From a bacterium (GTDB taxonomy: Bacteria; J088; JAWLBW01): a stretch of DNA of 64,000 nucleotides. This document shows, one piece after another, positions 18,924-28,026 of the stretch; the stretch's first letter is position 1; each line of letters starts with the position of its first letter. The DNA is taken from assembly GCA_041690355.1 (NCBI GenBank), contig JAWLHK010000002.1:186001-250000 (forward strand). The letters run 5' to 3'. The position numbers were made by a program, and so were the translations under genes. The notes under the pieces are model-generated. The model made no database searches, had not been told where the DNA came from, and saw only the letters and a list, made by a program, of their open reading frames with translations.

Positions 18924-18952
18924 TTGACAACCCCGGGATCGGGCATTACAAT
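18924..18952 (+). promoter_or_regulatory. Near-consensus sigma70 promoter of the sigma factor gene
   Basis: TTGACA-N17-TACAAT. Confidence 0.8.
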
Positions 18953-19097
18953 CTTGAAATCCTCTCGGGGGACGTGTGCCTGCACTCGGGGCTGACGTAA
19001 ACGTCTGAAAATCCACGGAGTTTTCGTGCGCTTCGGAGCGGGGCTTCGAAGTCCGAGGGACTGTATCGTCCTGAATACACAGAGCTTTTTAGAAAAC

Positions 19098-21035
19098 ATG
19101 GCCAAAAAGACCACATCGAAGGGTTCGAACACCACCGGCGCCTCGAAAGGGACCAGCCGGACGAAAGCGGGATCCAAACCGACCGCCCAAGAGCTTGCCC
19201 GGGCCGAGCATAAGGCGAAGACGCCTGCCGGCACACACGAAGGCAAAGCCGGGCGCAAAACCACTCCCCGCGACACGACCACGACCAAAGCTGCGCCCAA
19301 GGCCTCGCTGGCCCGGACGGCAGCTGCCGAACAGGAACGCCCGGCCCGCCGGGGCCGCAAGGCCACTGATGCGGTTGCCGCAGAAGACGCCGCCGCCGCC
19401 CGCGGGCGCGTGACCGGCAAGATCTCGTACCGCGAGCTCAAGGAAGCCCTTCCGCCGGAGACAGAAGTCGACCTCGCAGAAGAGCCCATCGACATCCAGG
19501 AACTCTTCGTCGATTACGACTACGAGCTCATTGAGGATGAAGAGGCGGCCGAGGAGGTCGAAGAAGAAGAGGCTGCCGAAGAGAAGTCTCTTTATCCCGA
19601 AGACGAGAAGCACCTCAACTCCATCAGCCTCTACTTCAAGGAGATGGGCGAAATTCCGCTCATCTCTCAGGAAGTCGAGGTCGAGCTCTCGAAGAAGATC
19701 CGCGGCGGCGAAGACGCCATCCGCACGATTCTTTCGGAGAACGTCTATTTCATCGCCCGTTTCTGCGAAGAGCTGAGCCGGTACGACACGCTCGAGTCGA
19801 GCGTCAAGAATCTGCTTCTCGTGCGGGAAGAAGGCGACGACGACGACGAAGAGGGGGGCAGCACCTCGAGCGGCGACGAGAGCGCCATCGCTGAGATGGT
19901 CGGCAAGGCCGACAAGATTCTCAAGACGCAGGCCGAGGTCGAGCGTCTCGAGAAAAAGATGGAAAAGGCCGAGAGCGCCAAGGAAATCGAGGCGATTTCG
20001 GAGAAGCTCGAGAAGAAACGCGTCAGCATGGTGCGCCAGATCAGCGAAGTGAAGCTCTCACGGGAGTTCATGTCGAAGATCATTCAGGAGATCAAGTTCC
20101 TCGCCCAGGAAGTCGAACGGGCCGAGCGCGACATCGAGTACTTCAATCAGAAGATCGGGCTCGTGCGCGACCCCGACGAGCTCGATCTCTGGAAGCAGAA
20201 GCTCAAGAACGCCAAAATCGTCGTCAAGGAAAACCTCGACCGCGTCTCCCTGGCCAAGAAAGACTTCCGCAAGCTGCTCGAAGAGCTCGTGCAGGCCGAA
20301 GAGCAGATCAAATTCGCGCGCAATGAGCTCATGAAGGCGAACCTGCGGCTCGTCATCTCGATTGCGAAGCGCTACATCGGACGCGGGCTGCCCCTCTCGG
20401 ATCTGATTCAGGAGGGGAACCTGGGCCTGATGAAGGCGGTCGAACGCTTCGACTTCACTAAGGGGTATAAGTTTTCGACGTATGCCACCTGGTGGATCCG
20501 GCAGGCGATCACGCGCGCCATCGCCAACAAGGCGCGCACGATCCGCATTCCCGTGCACATGCTCGACATCATCAACAACCTGCTGTCGATCAGCCGTGAG
20601 CTGCACCTGAAACTCGGGCGCGAGCCGAAGGAAGAAGAAGTGGCCGAGGCCATGAAGCTTCCGGTCGAAAAGGTGAAGGAGATCAAGAAGCTCGTGCGCG
20701 AGCCGATCTCCCTCGACGAGCCGATTCACGAAGGGGACGAGAACACAATCGCCTACTTCGTGCCCGACCAGACGAGCATGAGCCCGAGCGAGGCGACGAT
20801 CAACCGTAACCTCACCGAGCAGACGCTGAAGCTTCTGAGCACGCTGAGTCCGCGCGAAGAGAAGATCATTAAGATGCGCTTCGGCCTCGGCGGCGAAACC
20901 GAGCACACGCTCGAGGAGATCGGCCGCAGCTTCAACCTGAGCCGCGAACGCATCCGTCAGATTGAAGCCGAGGCGCTGCGCAAGCTCAAGAGCCCGATTC
21001 GCTCCCGCAAGCTGCGCGAGTTTCTCGAGTTCTGA
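19098..21035 (+). CDS. rpoD: RpoD-family sigma70 factor
   Basis: Region 1.2 [10 protein letters not shown], non-conserved region, [50 protein letters not shown]...RERIRQIE. May be a paralog (see findings). Confidence 0.85.
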   Translation: MAKKTTSKGSNTTGASKGTSRTKAGSKPTAQELARAEHKAKTPAGTHEGKAGRKTTPRDTTTTKAAPKASLARTAAAEQERPARRGRKATDAVAAEDAAAARGRVTGKISYRELKEALPPETEVDLAEEPIDIQELFVDYDYELIEDEEAAEEVEEEEAAEEKSLYPEDEKHLNSISLYFKEMGEIPLISQEVEVELSKKIRGGEDAIRTILSENVYFIARFCEELSRYDTLESSVKNLLLVREEGDDDDEEGGSTSSGDESAIAEMVGKADKILKTQAEVERLEKKMEKAESAKEIEAISEKLEKKRVSMVRQISEVKLSREFMSKIIQEIKFLAQEVERAERDIEYFNQKIGLVRDPDELDLWKQKLKNAKIVVKENLDRVSLAKKDFRKLLEELVQAEEQIKFARNELMKANLRLVISIAKRYIGRGLPLSDLIQEGNLGLMKAVERFDFTKGYKFSTYATWWIRQAITRAIANKARTIRIPVHMLDIINNLLSISRELHLKLGREPKEEEVAEAMKLPVEKVKEIKKLVREPISLDEPIHEGDENTIAYFVPDQTSMSPSEATINRNLTEQTLKLLSTLSPREEKIIKMRFGLGGETEHTLEEIGRSFNLSRERIRQIEAEALRKLKSPIRSRKLREFLEF

Positions 21036-21057
21036 GCTGCACCGGTTCGAATTCTTC

Positions 21058-21093
21058 AAAGGCCCATCGGAGACGATGGGCCTTTCCTTTTTT
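21058..21093 (+). terminator. Intrinsic terminator
   Basis: AAAGGCCCATCG-gaga-CGATGGGCCTTT followed by a T-tract. Confidence 0.85.
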
Positions 21094-21152
21094 CGCCTTT
21101 CCACCGGGCTCCCGCCGTCGCGCCGGGGGCCGCGCCTGTCCATCATGGACGC

Positions 21153-21425
21153 ATGGAAATACTCTGGCTACTTATCGTCGGCCTCATCGCGGGGCTCCTG
21201 GCCCGGGCCATCATGCCCGGCGACGACAGCATGGGGATTCTGCTCACCATCGTTCTCGGCATCGTCGGCGCGTTCATCGCCGGTTTTCTGGGAAGGGCGC
21301 TGGGCATTTACGAATCGACGTCGGAGGGGGGGCACATCATTGCCGCCACCATCGGCGCCATCATCCTGCTTGCCGTCGCCCGCCTGGTGAAAGGCCGCGG
21401 GCGGCATCGGCCGCATCACGCTTAG
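21153..21425 (+). CDS. GlsB/YeaQ/YmgE (transglycosylase-associated) stress membrane protein
   Basis: IVGLIAGLLARAIMPG...TIVLGIVGAFIAG...ATIGAIILL. Confidence 0.9.
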   Translation: MEILWLLIVGLIAGLLARAIMPGDDSMGILLTIVLGIVGAFIAGFLGRALGIYESTSEGGHIIAATIGAIILLAVARLVKGRGRHRPHHA

Positions 21426-21518
21426 CGTCCCTCGCGGACGACTCCACCTCGACAGTTCCGCCCCGCCTGGGGGCGGGACTGTCGGTTTTTCCTTGCGGCC
21501 GGGCCTGCATCTGCGCGA

Positions 21519-23393
21519 TCAGGCGCGCGCCTTGCCTTCGGGGGCGCAGGCGAGAAGGGCCCAGGCGGTGGTAAGCACCGGGTGCCCCCAACAGGCCGGG
21601 AGGTAGTCCCGGTCGATGGAGACGAAAGCCGCTTCGCCGGGCCAGCTGCCATCGATCGTCTGCCGATCGAGCAGCCAGGCGGCAATCCGCTGACCGTCGA
21701 CAGGGAGCGACCAGCAGCGCGCCGCGAGGACGGCCGCTATGGTCTCGAGCACGCCGCCATAGCTGCCGTCGAGCCGTTCTTCGGCACGCAGTTCTGCTTC
21801 GAGCGTCTGGCAGACACTTTGGGCCGACGCCTCGTCGATGAATCCGTGACGCCGTGCCTGCGCGAGCACGCGATGCACGAACCAGCGCGTGAGCGGCGCG
21901 ACGTAGAAGGGGCCCTCGAATTCGCCGCGCTCGGCAACGCCGCACAGCCGTTTCCAGGCGCCGGGCGGAATGCGCTCGGCCTGGCCCTGCTCGAGCAGGC
22001 CCCAGATCGCATTGGCGGCGGTTCCGGGACAATCGTTCCCCTGCCAGACGATACCCTCGGGAGAGGGGCCCATCCAGGTGCGTACCCCCTCGTCGACAAG
22101 ATTGTCGAGCAGGAGAGCAGTGTCGGCTGCGCGGATTTCAGCCGCAAGCCGCGCCCCGAAGTAGCCGAGCACCAGTCCGGTATCGTCGGCGTCGGGAGGG
22201 ATGGTACGCTCGTGCGGGTAGTACCGCCAGCCATCGGGGTCGCGCAGGCGCTGCAGCTTCTCCCATTCGTCGTGTGCCGGGCGCCCCCACGCCTGCAATG
22301 CGGCGAGCCTGAAGATGGCCGGATACAGATCGGCGCGGACCCGCGGCTTCCCGAACAGCCCCCACCGGTGAACCTCGGCGGCCCCGGTCGCCTCCTCGAG
22401 ATACGCGAGGGCGCGCTCGACGCCATTCTCCGGGGTCAGGGCGGGAAGTGCGCGGGGACGGTCAAGCATACCGAGTGTCTCGCGTATCGTGGCCGCCGTA
22501 GCCAGAAACCAGGCGACGGCGGGTTCGAACCCCGAGGCCTCGGTAACGTCATCGATGAGCCGTGCCCAGGCCTCGCGCACGGAGAATTCTGCGTCCTGCA
22601 GGGCGATCATGGCCGATGCCGCCGCCTGAAAGCGCATCTCTGCCTGCACGTCGGGGCGCGAACGCAATCGGGAAGCGAGCAGCCTGAAGGGGCGCTTTCC
22701 GTATAGGGGAGCGAGAACGCGCGTCCACTTGCCCGCGATGAAGTCGCCCGAGCGCGGCTTCAGGTAAACGTCGAACACGTCGCTCAGGTCCTGGAGGGCG
22801 GCGCCGAAGCGCAGCCCGAATGCCTCGAACGGTCTGGTCGGACGGTCTGCCGCACGGGCGGCGACGGCGAAGAACAGCGCGAATTCGGCCCCGGCCTTGT
22901 CGAGGTGGATGGCGTCGGTGTCCGGCACCCGGGGACGATCGGTGGCGTCGAGGTCGCGGTTCTGGCCGCCGGCCATGATGAGGCCGAAGTGCAGGGCCGC
23001 CTCCAGGATCTCCGGGGTGATCGCGGCGGCTGCACGGTGGGCGAGCATGAGCAGGGCGCAAGCGTCGTTGGCGCGCGCGCCGGGCGCGTCGCCGTCGTCG
23101 ATGTCGTCGGCGACGTCGGCCGCGGCCCAGAGCAGGGTGCAGAAGATCCCGGCGGCATCGACCCGTTCCTGGGAAGCGCCCAGCGAGCGGGCCATGCGCA
23201 CCGCGAAGAGCGCGGGCGAGCCTCCGGTATGCCCGGGGGGCGTGAGAACGCGCTTTCGAAGTCGCGCGAGGAGCCCGGCCTCGACGGGGGCGCGTTGCAG
23301 ATGGGTCTCGACGGCGCTGTTCAACATGGACAGCAGCCCGGCTTCTTCGGTAAGCCAGCGTTCTTCATCATGAGCCGTCGTATGCATGTTCAT
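21519..23393 (-). CDS. Bifunctional ComQ-like (isoprenoid-synthase fold) prenyltransferase fused to a class II terpene cyclase beta-domain
   Basis: N-half: ADVADDIDDGD with no downstream RRG, GQNRDL, KAG, degenerate second motif LQDLSDVFD, SGDFIAGKWT. C-half: PPDADDTG (DXDD) and QW-like RDPDGW, RLDGSY, QTIDGSW. Alternative start 23387. Confidence 0.75.
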   Translation of the reverse strand: MNMHTTAHDEERWLTEEAGLLSMLNSAVETHLQRAPVEAGLLARLRKRVLTPPGHTGGSPALFAVRMARSLGASQERVDAAGIFCTLLWAAADVADDIDDGDAPGARANDACALLMLAHRAAAAITPEILEAALHFGLIMAGGQNRDLDATDRPRVPDTDAIHLDKAGAEFALFFAVAARAADRPTRPFEAFGLRFGAALQDLSDVFDVYLKPRSGDFIAGKWTRVLAPLYGKRPFRLLASRLRSRPDVQAEMRFQAAASAMIALQDAEFSVREAWARLIDDVTEASGFEPAVAWFLATAATIRETLGMLDRPRALPALTPENGVERALAYLEEATGAAEVHRWGLFGKPRVRADLYPAIFRLAALQAWGRPAHDEWEKLQRLRDPDGWRYYPHERTIPPDADDTGLVLGYFGARLAAEIRAADTALLLDNLVDEGVRTWMGPSPEGIVWQGNDCPGTAANAIWGLLEQGQAERIPPGAWKRLCGVAERGEFEGPFYVAPLTRWFVHRVLAQARRHGFIDEASAQSVCQTLEAELRAEERLDGSYGGVLETIAAVLAARCWSLPVDGQRIAAWLLDRQTIDGSWPGEAAFVSIDRDYLPACWGHPVLTTAWALLACAPEGKARA

Positions 23394-23407
23394 CCTGGAA
23401 GAAAAAG

Positions 23408-25477
23408 TCAGTGAAGCGAGCGACCGTGAGCATCCGACCGGGATGCCACGGCGTGCAGCTGCCGGCGCAGCTCTTCGAGCGCAATCGGCTTCTGCAGGAC
23501 ACGCACGCCGGGCGGGAGGTCGGCCAGTTCAGCCGTCCCCGGGGGGAGCGCGGTCAGAAACAGGAACCGCTCGCGCAGCGCATCCGGCGCGGCGCGTAAG
23601 AGTTCGGGGCCGGTGCCGTCACCGAGACGGATGTCGCAGAGTACGGCCGAAAACGGCTGTTTCAGATATGGGAGCGCCTCGTGAACCGAAGCGGCGGTCG
23701 TGACGGCGAAATCGCGCAGGACGTTGCGGAACAGGGTGAGGGTCCGCACCTCGTCGTCGACGATGAGAATCGGTCGCCGTTCCCGGGTTTCGATGTTCCC
23801 GGCCAGCGGCAGAGAAAGCGTGAAGGTGCTCCCCTCGTTTTCTTTCGAGTAGACCCGCAGCTGCCCGCCGTGTTCGGTGGCGATGTGGTAGCTCACGCTG
23901 AGCCCCAGGCCGGTACCGCTGCCGGGCGACTTCGTGGTGAAGAAGGGGTCGAAAATGCGCCGAAGCCGGTCGGCGGGAATTCCCGCGCCATTGTCCTCGA
24001 CCGAGAGCGTGCCGCTGATCTCGTCGGAGACCACGCGCACGATGATCCGATTCTCGTCGCGCGGACGCTCGGGAAGGGCCTGCCGCGCATTGATGAGCAG
24101 GTTGAGCAGCACCTGCACGATTTCGTCGGGTCGGCAGGAGACCATGACCGGTCGATCGGGAACTTCGACCTGCAGCTGGGTCAGGTGATGAAAATCCGCG
24201 GCGACGAGACGGTGTACGCGCTGTACGAGCTCGACGAGATCGACGGCCTCGAAAGTCCTTGACGGGGTCGGATGCGAAAGCCGCTTCAGCCCCTGGACGA
24301 TGCTGGCCACCTGGGCAAACCCGCTCTGAATGTCTTCGAGCGGCGACCGGTAGCTTTCTGGCAGGTCTTCGCGGGAAAGCAGATATTCGAGGTTGCCGGA
24401 GATGTACGTGAGCGGATTATTGATCTCGTGTGCGACCCCGGCAGACAGCGTACCCATGGCAACCATGCGATCGGCGAGCGCAAAGTGTTCCTGTAGCTCG
24501 CGGTTCTTGCGTTCGAACTCGACGCGATCCGTGGCGTCCTGGGCGAGAACGGCAAAGCGCCGCTCCTGATCGCGCAGGGGGAGCGGGACGATGCGGATGT
24601 CGAGGTATCGCTCCGACTCGGTGGCCGGCTGTCCATAAATGGAGGCGGGAACTCCGGTGGCCTCGATGCGTCGCAGCACCTCGTAAAGGTCGGCGATTTC
24701 GAGCGAGCCATCCTGGCGCCGCAGACCGGGGGCCTGCCCCGACTCCCGGTAGGTCAGGCAGAGGCCGTTGCGATCCATGACGTACAGGGCCGCCGTGGCC
24801 TGCTCGAGGGTCGACAGCCAGTCTTTTTCGACGTCGCGCAGACGCCGCTCGGCATCCAGATTCACGCGTGTAAGGTTGAGCTCGTGCTCCGACTTCATCG
24901 CGAGCTCCAGAAGTCCGATCTGCTTGACCCGTTCCGAGCCGAAGAATCCGGCCAGAACGACCGACAGCCCCGCGAGCGACCAGAGCATCGGTCGTTCACC
25001 GGCCACGGGCAGCTCGCTGTGGTATGCGAACGCGACCACGACCAGAATCGGGGCCGCGACCCCCGCCAGGACGCTCGGGTGGTTTCCCGCGCTCTGGGCC
25101 AGAAGAACGGCCATGAGGATGTAGAACGCCCCGAGATAGGTATGCCCGCCAGACGCGAGGGCAACCTCGATACACAGGCCGGCAAGGAAAATCTCGCTTT
25201 CGAGCCAGTTTGCGGCGCTGTAGGCCAGAGAGTCGAATCCATAGTGATCATATATCCATCGTGTGGTCGCCATGGCGATCGCGAAGACGCCGAACACAAA
25301 CAGGGTCGGTTCAGCGGGAAGCGGCAACCATCCGATTACCGCCAGCCCGGCCACGATGGCCAGGACGGCCACCCCCTGAAAGAAGAACGTTCGGCTTCTT
25401 CCGTGGGCGTGATAGGCCGGGTCGAGCGCCGGGGGGATGATTCTCGCGAGCTTCTTCGCAAAAGAGCCAGGATTCAT
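23408..25477 (-). CDS. Hybrid sensor histidine kinase (about 6 TM, PAS-like, HisKA, HATPase, REC)
   Basis: Hydrophobic N-terminal ~180 aa, [32 protein letters not shown]-terminal ILIVDDE...LCD...QKP. Confidence 0.92.
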   Translation of the reverse strand: MNPGSFAKKLARIIPPALDPAYHAHGRSRTFFFQGVAVLAIVAGLAVIGWLPLPAEPTLFVFGVFAIAMATTRWIYDHYGFDSLAYSAANWLESEIFLAGLCIEVALASGGHTYLGAFYILMAVLLAQSAGNHPSVLAGVAAPILVVVAFAYHSELPVAGERPMLWSLAGLSVVLAGFFGSERVKQIGLLELAMKSEHELNLTRVNLDAERRLRDVEKDWLSTLEQATAALYVMDRNGLCLTYRESGQAPGLRRQDGSLEIADLYEVLRRIEATGVPASIYGQPATESERYLDIRIVPLPLRDQERRFAVLAQDATDRVEFERKNRELQEHFALADRMVAMGTLSAGVAHEINNPLTYISGNLEYLLSREDLPESYRSPLEDIQSGFAQVASIVQGLKRLSHPTPSRTFEAVDLVELVQRVHRLVAADFHHLTQLQVEVPDRPVMVSCRPDEIVQVLLNLLINARQALPERPRDENRIIVRVVSDEISGTLSVEDNGAGIPADRLRRIFDPFFTTKSPGSGTGLGLSVSYHIATEHGGQLRVYSKENEGSTFTLSLPLAGNIETRERRPILIVDDEVRTLTLFRNVLRDFAVTTAASVHEALPYLKQPFSAVLCDIRLGDGTGPELLRAAPDALRERFLFLTALPPGTAELADLPPGVRVLQKPIALEELRRQLHAVASRSDAHGRSLH

Positions 25478-25659
25478 TGAAATTCCCGCAGGGGTGCACA
25501 GACAAGAATTGTTACAGAAATCGACGAAAAGCGGGCCGAATGTTACGAACTGTAACGTAACGGCCAGCCGTCGTCACATTGCGGGAAGCTTTGCGGCGGG
25601 CCGACTAGCATGCGTTGGCAACCGGACATGATGTTCGGGGTTCTCTGAGGAGAGTTGCC

Positions 25660-25749
25660 ATGACGCTCAAGAAACTTGCCGCCGCCATTCTTGCCTCGAC
25701 CACCAACGCCCCCACCGCGCCGAACGATACCATCGCCTACTATCCCTGA
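25660..25749 (+). CDS. 29-aa peptide MTLKKLAAAILASTTNAPTAPNDTIAYYP, putative signal/RiPP precursor
   Basis: Below the ORF-track length cutoff. GAGGAG (25647-25652) 7 nt before ATG, almost all codons end in C/G, terminator follows the stop. Confidence 0.7.
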   Translation: MTLKKLAAAILASTTNAPTAPNDTIAYYP

Positions 25750-25757
25750 ACCAGACG

Positions 25758-25798
25758 GGGCCCGTCTGCCGCGACAAGGGCGACGGGCCCTGCTTTTT
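25758..25798 (+). terminator. Intrinsic terminator after the peptide gene
   Basis: GGGCCCGTC...GACGGGCCC stem followed by TGCTTTTT. Confidence 0.6.
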
Positions 25799-25860
25799 CG
25801 TCGGTTGACCCCGCCGGCGCAGTGCCTTTCGCGGTAATTCTCCGCCTTACCCCATTGGGC

Positions 25861-25889
25861 TTGCCAACGTTGCAACAGCTGACTATGCT
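25861..25889 (+). promoter_or_regulatory. sigma70-type promoter of the OmpR-family gene (leaderless geometry)
   Basis: TTGCCA-N17-TATGCT, 6 nt before the GTG at 25896. Confidence 0.6.
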
Positions 25890-25895
25890 AATGCC

Positions 25896-26615
25896 GTGCA
25901 GCGTTTTTACCCGGCCGGGGATCTCGGGCGACTCCTTCTCGTAGAGGATGATCCGCGAATCGTGCGGATGCTCGCTCGCTACTTCGGCGAGCGGGGCGTG
26001 CAGGTGCACGCGACCGACGACCCGGTCACCGTTTGCGCCTCCATCGAGGAGGCGCGGCCCGACCTCATCCTGCTCGACTGGGTGATGCCTGAGCGCAGCG
26101 GCCTCGACGTGCTCCGCGAGATCCGCCGCCATGCCCGCTTCGTCGATATTCCCGTCATCATGCTGACGGCCCGCGCCGAAGAACTCGACCGGGTCGAGGG
26201 CCTGCTTACCGGCGCCGACGACTATGTCGTCAAACCCTTCAGCCTGGCCGAACTCGACGCGCGCATCGTCAGCGTCATGCGCCGGTATCGCCGCCGCGCT
26301 CTCCCGTACCGGGATGAGTATCTCGAAATCGATGTCGACCGCAAACGGCTCGTGTCGGGCGGGACACCGCGTACCCTGAGCGCTCAGGAGTGGGGTCTGC
26401 TCGAACTCCTCCTGCGCAGCGACGGCGTGGTTACCCGGCAGCAGATCGTCGATACGGTCTGGGGGCCGGGATTCGCCGTCACGCCGCGGGCGGTCGACGT
26501 CATGGTGGCCCGGCTGCGCCGCGCCATGGAGCCCGAGCCCGAATTCCCCCGCTATCTGCTGACCGAGCGCGGCACGGGGTACCGCTTCTGCCGCCGGCGC
26601 GATCGGCTGGACTGA
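25896..26615 (+). CDS. OmpR/PhoB-family DNA-binding response regulator
   Basis: LLVEDD...LLDWVMP...MLTAR...GADDYVVKPF; wHTH RAVDVMVARLRR...TERGTGY. Confidence 0.92.
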   Translation: MQRFYPAGDLGRLLLVEDDPRIVRMLARYFGERGVQVHATDDPVTVCASIEEARPDLILLDWVMPERSGLDVLREIRRHARFVDIPVIMLTARAEELDRVEGLLTGADDYVVKPFSLAELDARIVSVMRRYRRRALPYRDEYLEIDVDRKRLVSGGTPRTLSAQEWGLLELLLRSDGVVTRQQIVDTVWGPGFAVTPRAVDVMVARLRRAMEPEPEFPRYLLTERGTGYRFCRRRDRLD

Positions 26616-26642
26616 ATGCGCGCCACCCGCTAGACTCTGGGC

Positions 26643-27965
26643 ATGATGCGCCTGTCCGGATGCCTTCTGTCCGCCTGCCTCCTCCTCTCCTGCAGTTCGC
26701 CCGTTCCGCCTCCGGCAGACCGGGAGAACGACGTGAAGCCGGTTTCCGTGGCCGAACGTCTCGCGGCCCGTTACGGCATCGAACCGCTCGATTATGCCCG
26801 CGAAGAGTACTGGGGGTGCGGGATCACGCCCGGCGCAGACGCCTGCGCGCTCGACGCACAGGTGGCACGGCTCGTGACCGACGGCACGGTGCGCCTGACC
26901 GCGTTGCCGACCCTCGAGCAACCGCCGGTCGACTGTTTCTACATCTACCCCACGGTCGCGCCCGATCCGTCCGTCGACGAACACGGCGCCTTTCGCAGCG
27001 TCGAGCAGCCGCGGCTTGTCATGCAGCTGCAGGCGGCCTGGTTCGGACGCGTCTGCCGCGTGTTCGCCCCCTTTTACCGGCAGGCGACGATCGATCGCTA
27101 CCTGAAGCACGATGAGGAGTCGAAGGAGATCTTCCGCACTGCCTTTGTGGATGTGGCGGCCGCCTTCGAACACTTTCTGGCCGCGTGGAACGGGAACCGG
27201 CCGCTCGTGATCCTGGGGCACAGCCAGGGGGCGCAGATGGCCTCCTATCTGCTGCATCTCTACTTCGACGGCGCCACCACGGTCACGCGCGTCGCGGGGA
27301 GCCATACGAGCGACGCCCTGCGCCGCCGGCTTCTCGTGGCCATGCCCATCGGGTTTCACGTCTTCGTACCCGCGGGAGAACCGGTCGGCGGCTCCTTCTC
27401 GCACCTGCCGCTGTGCGAGCAGGATGCCGATCGGGGGTGCGTCATCAGCTACCGGAGCTATGCCGATGGCGAGCCCTACCATACGGCCTGGGCGACCGGA
27501 TGGATCGATGAGCAGCTGGCCGCCGAAGGGCTCCTCTACCGGACCTACGAGAAACAGTCCGATCGCCTCGCGTGCGTCAATCCTGCGCGACTCGCCCTCG
27601 ACGCTGCGAACGGGGCATTGGCGCTGGACACCGAGGGAAATGCGGCGCCCGCGGGGGCCCGTGTGCTGGATGGATCGATGATTCCCGAAGCGATGAGCAA
27701 CGTCGCCGGCCGGTTTCCCGAGGCCAAGGGGTTCTGGCTCGAGACGCCCGGCCGTTACACCGCCGCCTGCCGCGAAGACGAGAACGGAGAGCAGTATCTC
27801 GGCATCGGGTTCCACCAGCCGGCCACGACCGCCTGGCCCGGCGGAGACCTGCGGGGCGACCCGCTGGCCGCCGGGCTGCCGACCTCTGCGCTGGGTCTGC
27901 ACCTCATCGATTTCAATCACGCCCTCGGCGACCTGATCGATCACGTGCGCGTTCGGATCCCCTGA
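26643..27965 (+). CDS. DUF3089-type alpha/beta-hydrolase lipoprotein
   Basis: Lipobox LLSC, DCFYIYPT, VFAPFYRQA, nucleophile elbow GHSQG, C-terminal LH..D. Confidence 0.8.
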   Translation: MMRLSGCLLSACLLLSCSSPVPPPADRENDVKPVSVAERLAARYGIEPLDYAREEYWGCGITPGADACALDAQVARLVTDGTVRLTALPTLEQPPVDCFYIYPTVAPDPSVDEHGAFRSVEQPRLVMQLQAAWFGRVCRVFAPFYRQATIDRYLKHDEESKEIFRTAFVDVAAAFEHFLAAWNGNRPLVILGHSQGAQMASYLLHLYFDGATTVTRVAGSHTSDALRRRLLVAMPIGFHVFVPAGEPVGGSFSHLPLCEQDADRGCVISYRSYADGEPYHTAWATGWIDEQLAAEGLLYRTYEKQSDRLACVNPARLALDAANGALALDTEGNAAPAGARVLDGSMIPEAMSNVAGRFPEAKGFWLETPGRYTAACREDENGEQYLGIGFHQPATTAWPGGDLRGDPLAAGLPTSALGLHLIDFNHALGDLIDHVRVRIP

Positions 27966-28026
27966 GCCCCCGCTCCGGCGCCTCCCGCTCTCGGCGCCGC
28001 GTCTGCTCGGGTTTAGCATGGGACGC

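Noticed and set aside
21519-23393. Squalene-hopene cyclase or ordinary GGPP synthase
   Set aside because: Only one cyclase barrel, no RRG, a degenerate second DDxxD and no hpn/isp neighbours
25615-25631. TTGGCA upstream of the peptide as a sigma54 promoter
   Set aside because: No GC at the -12 position
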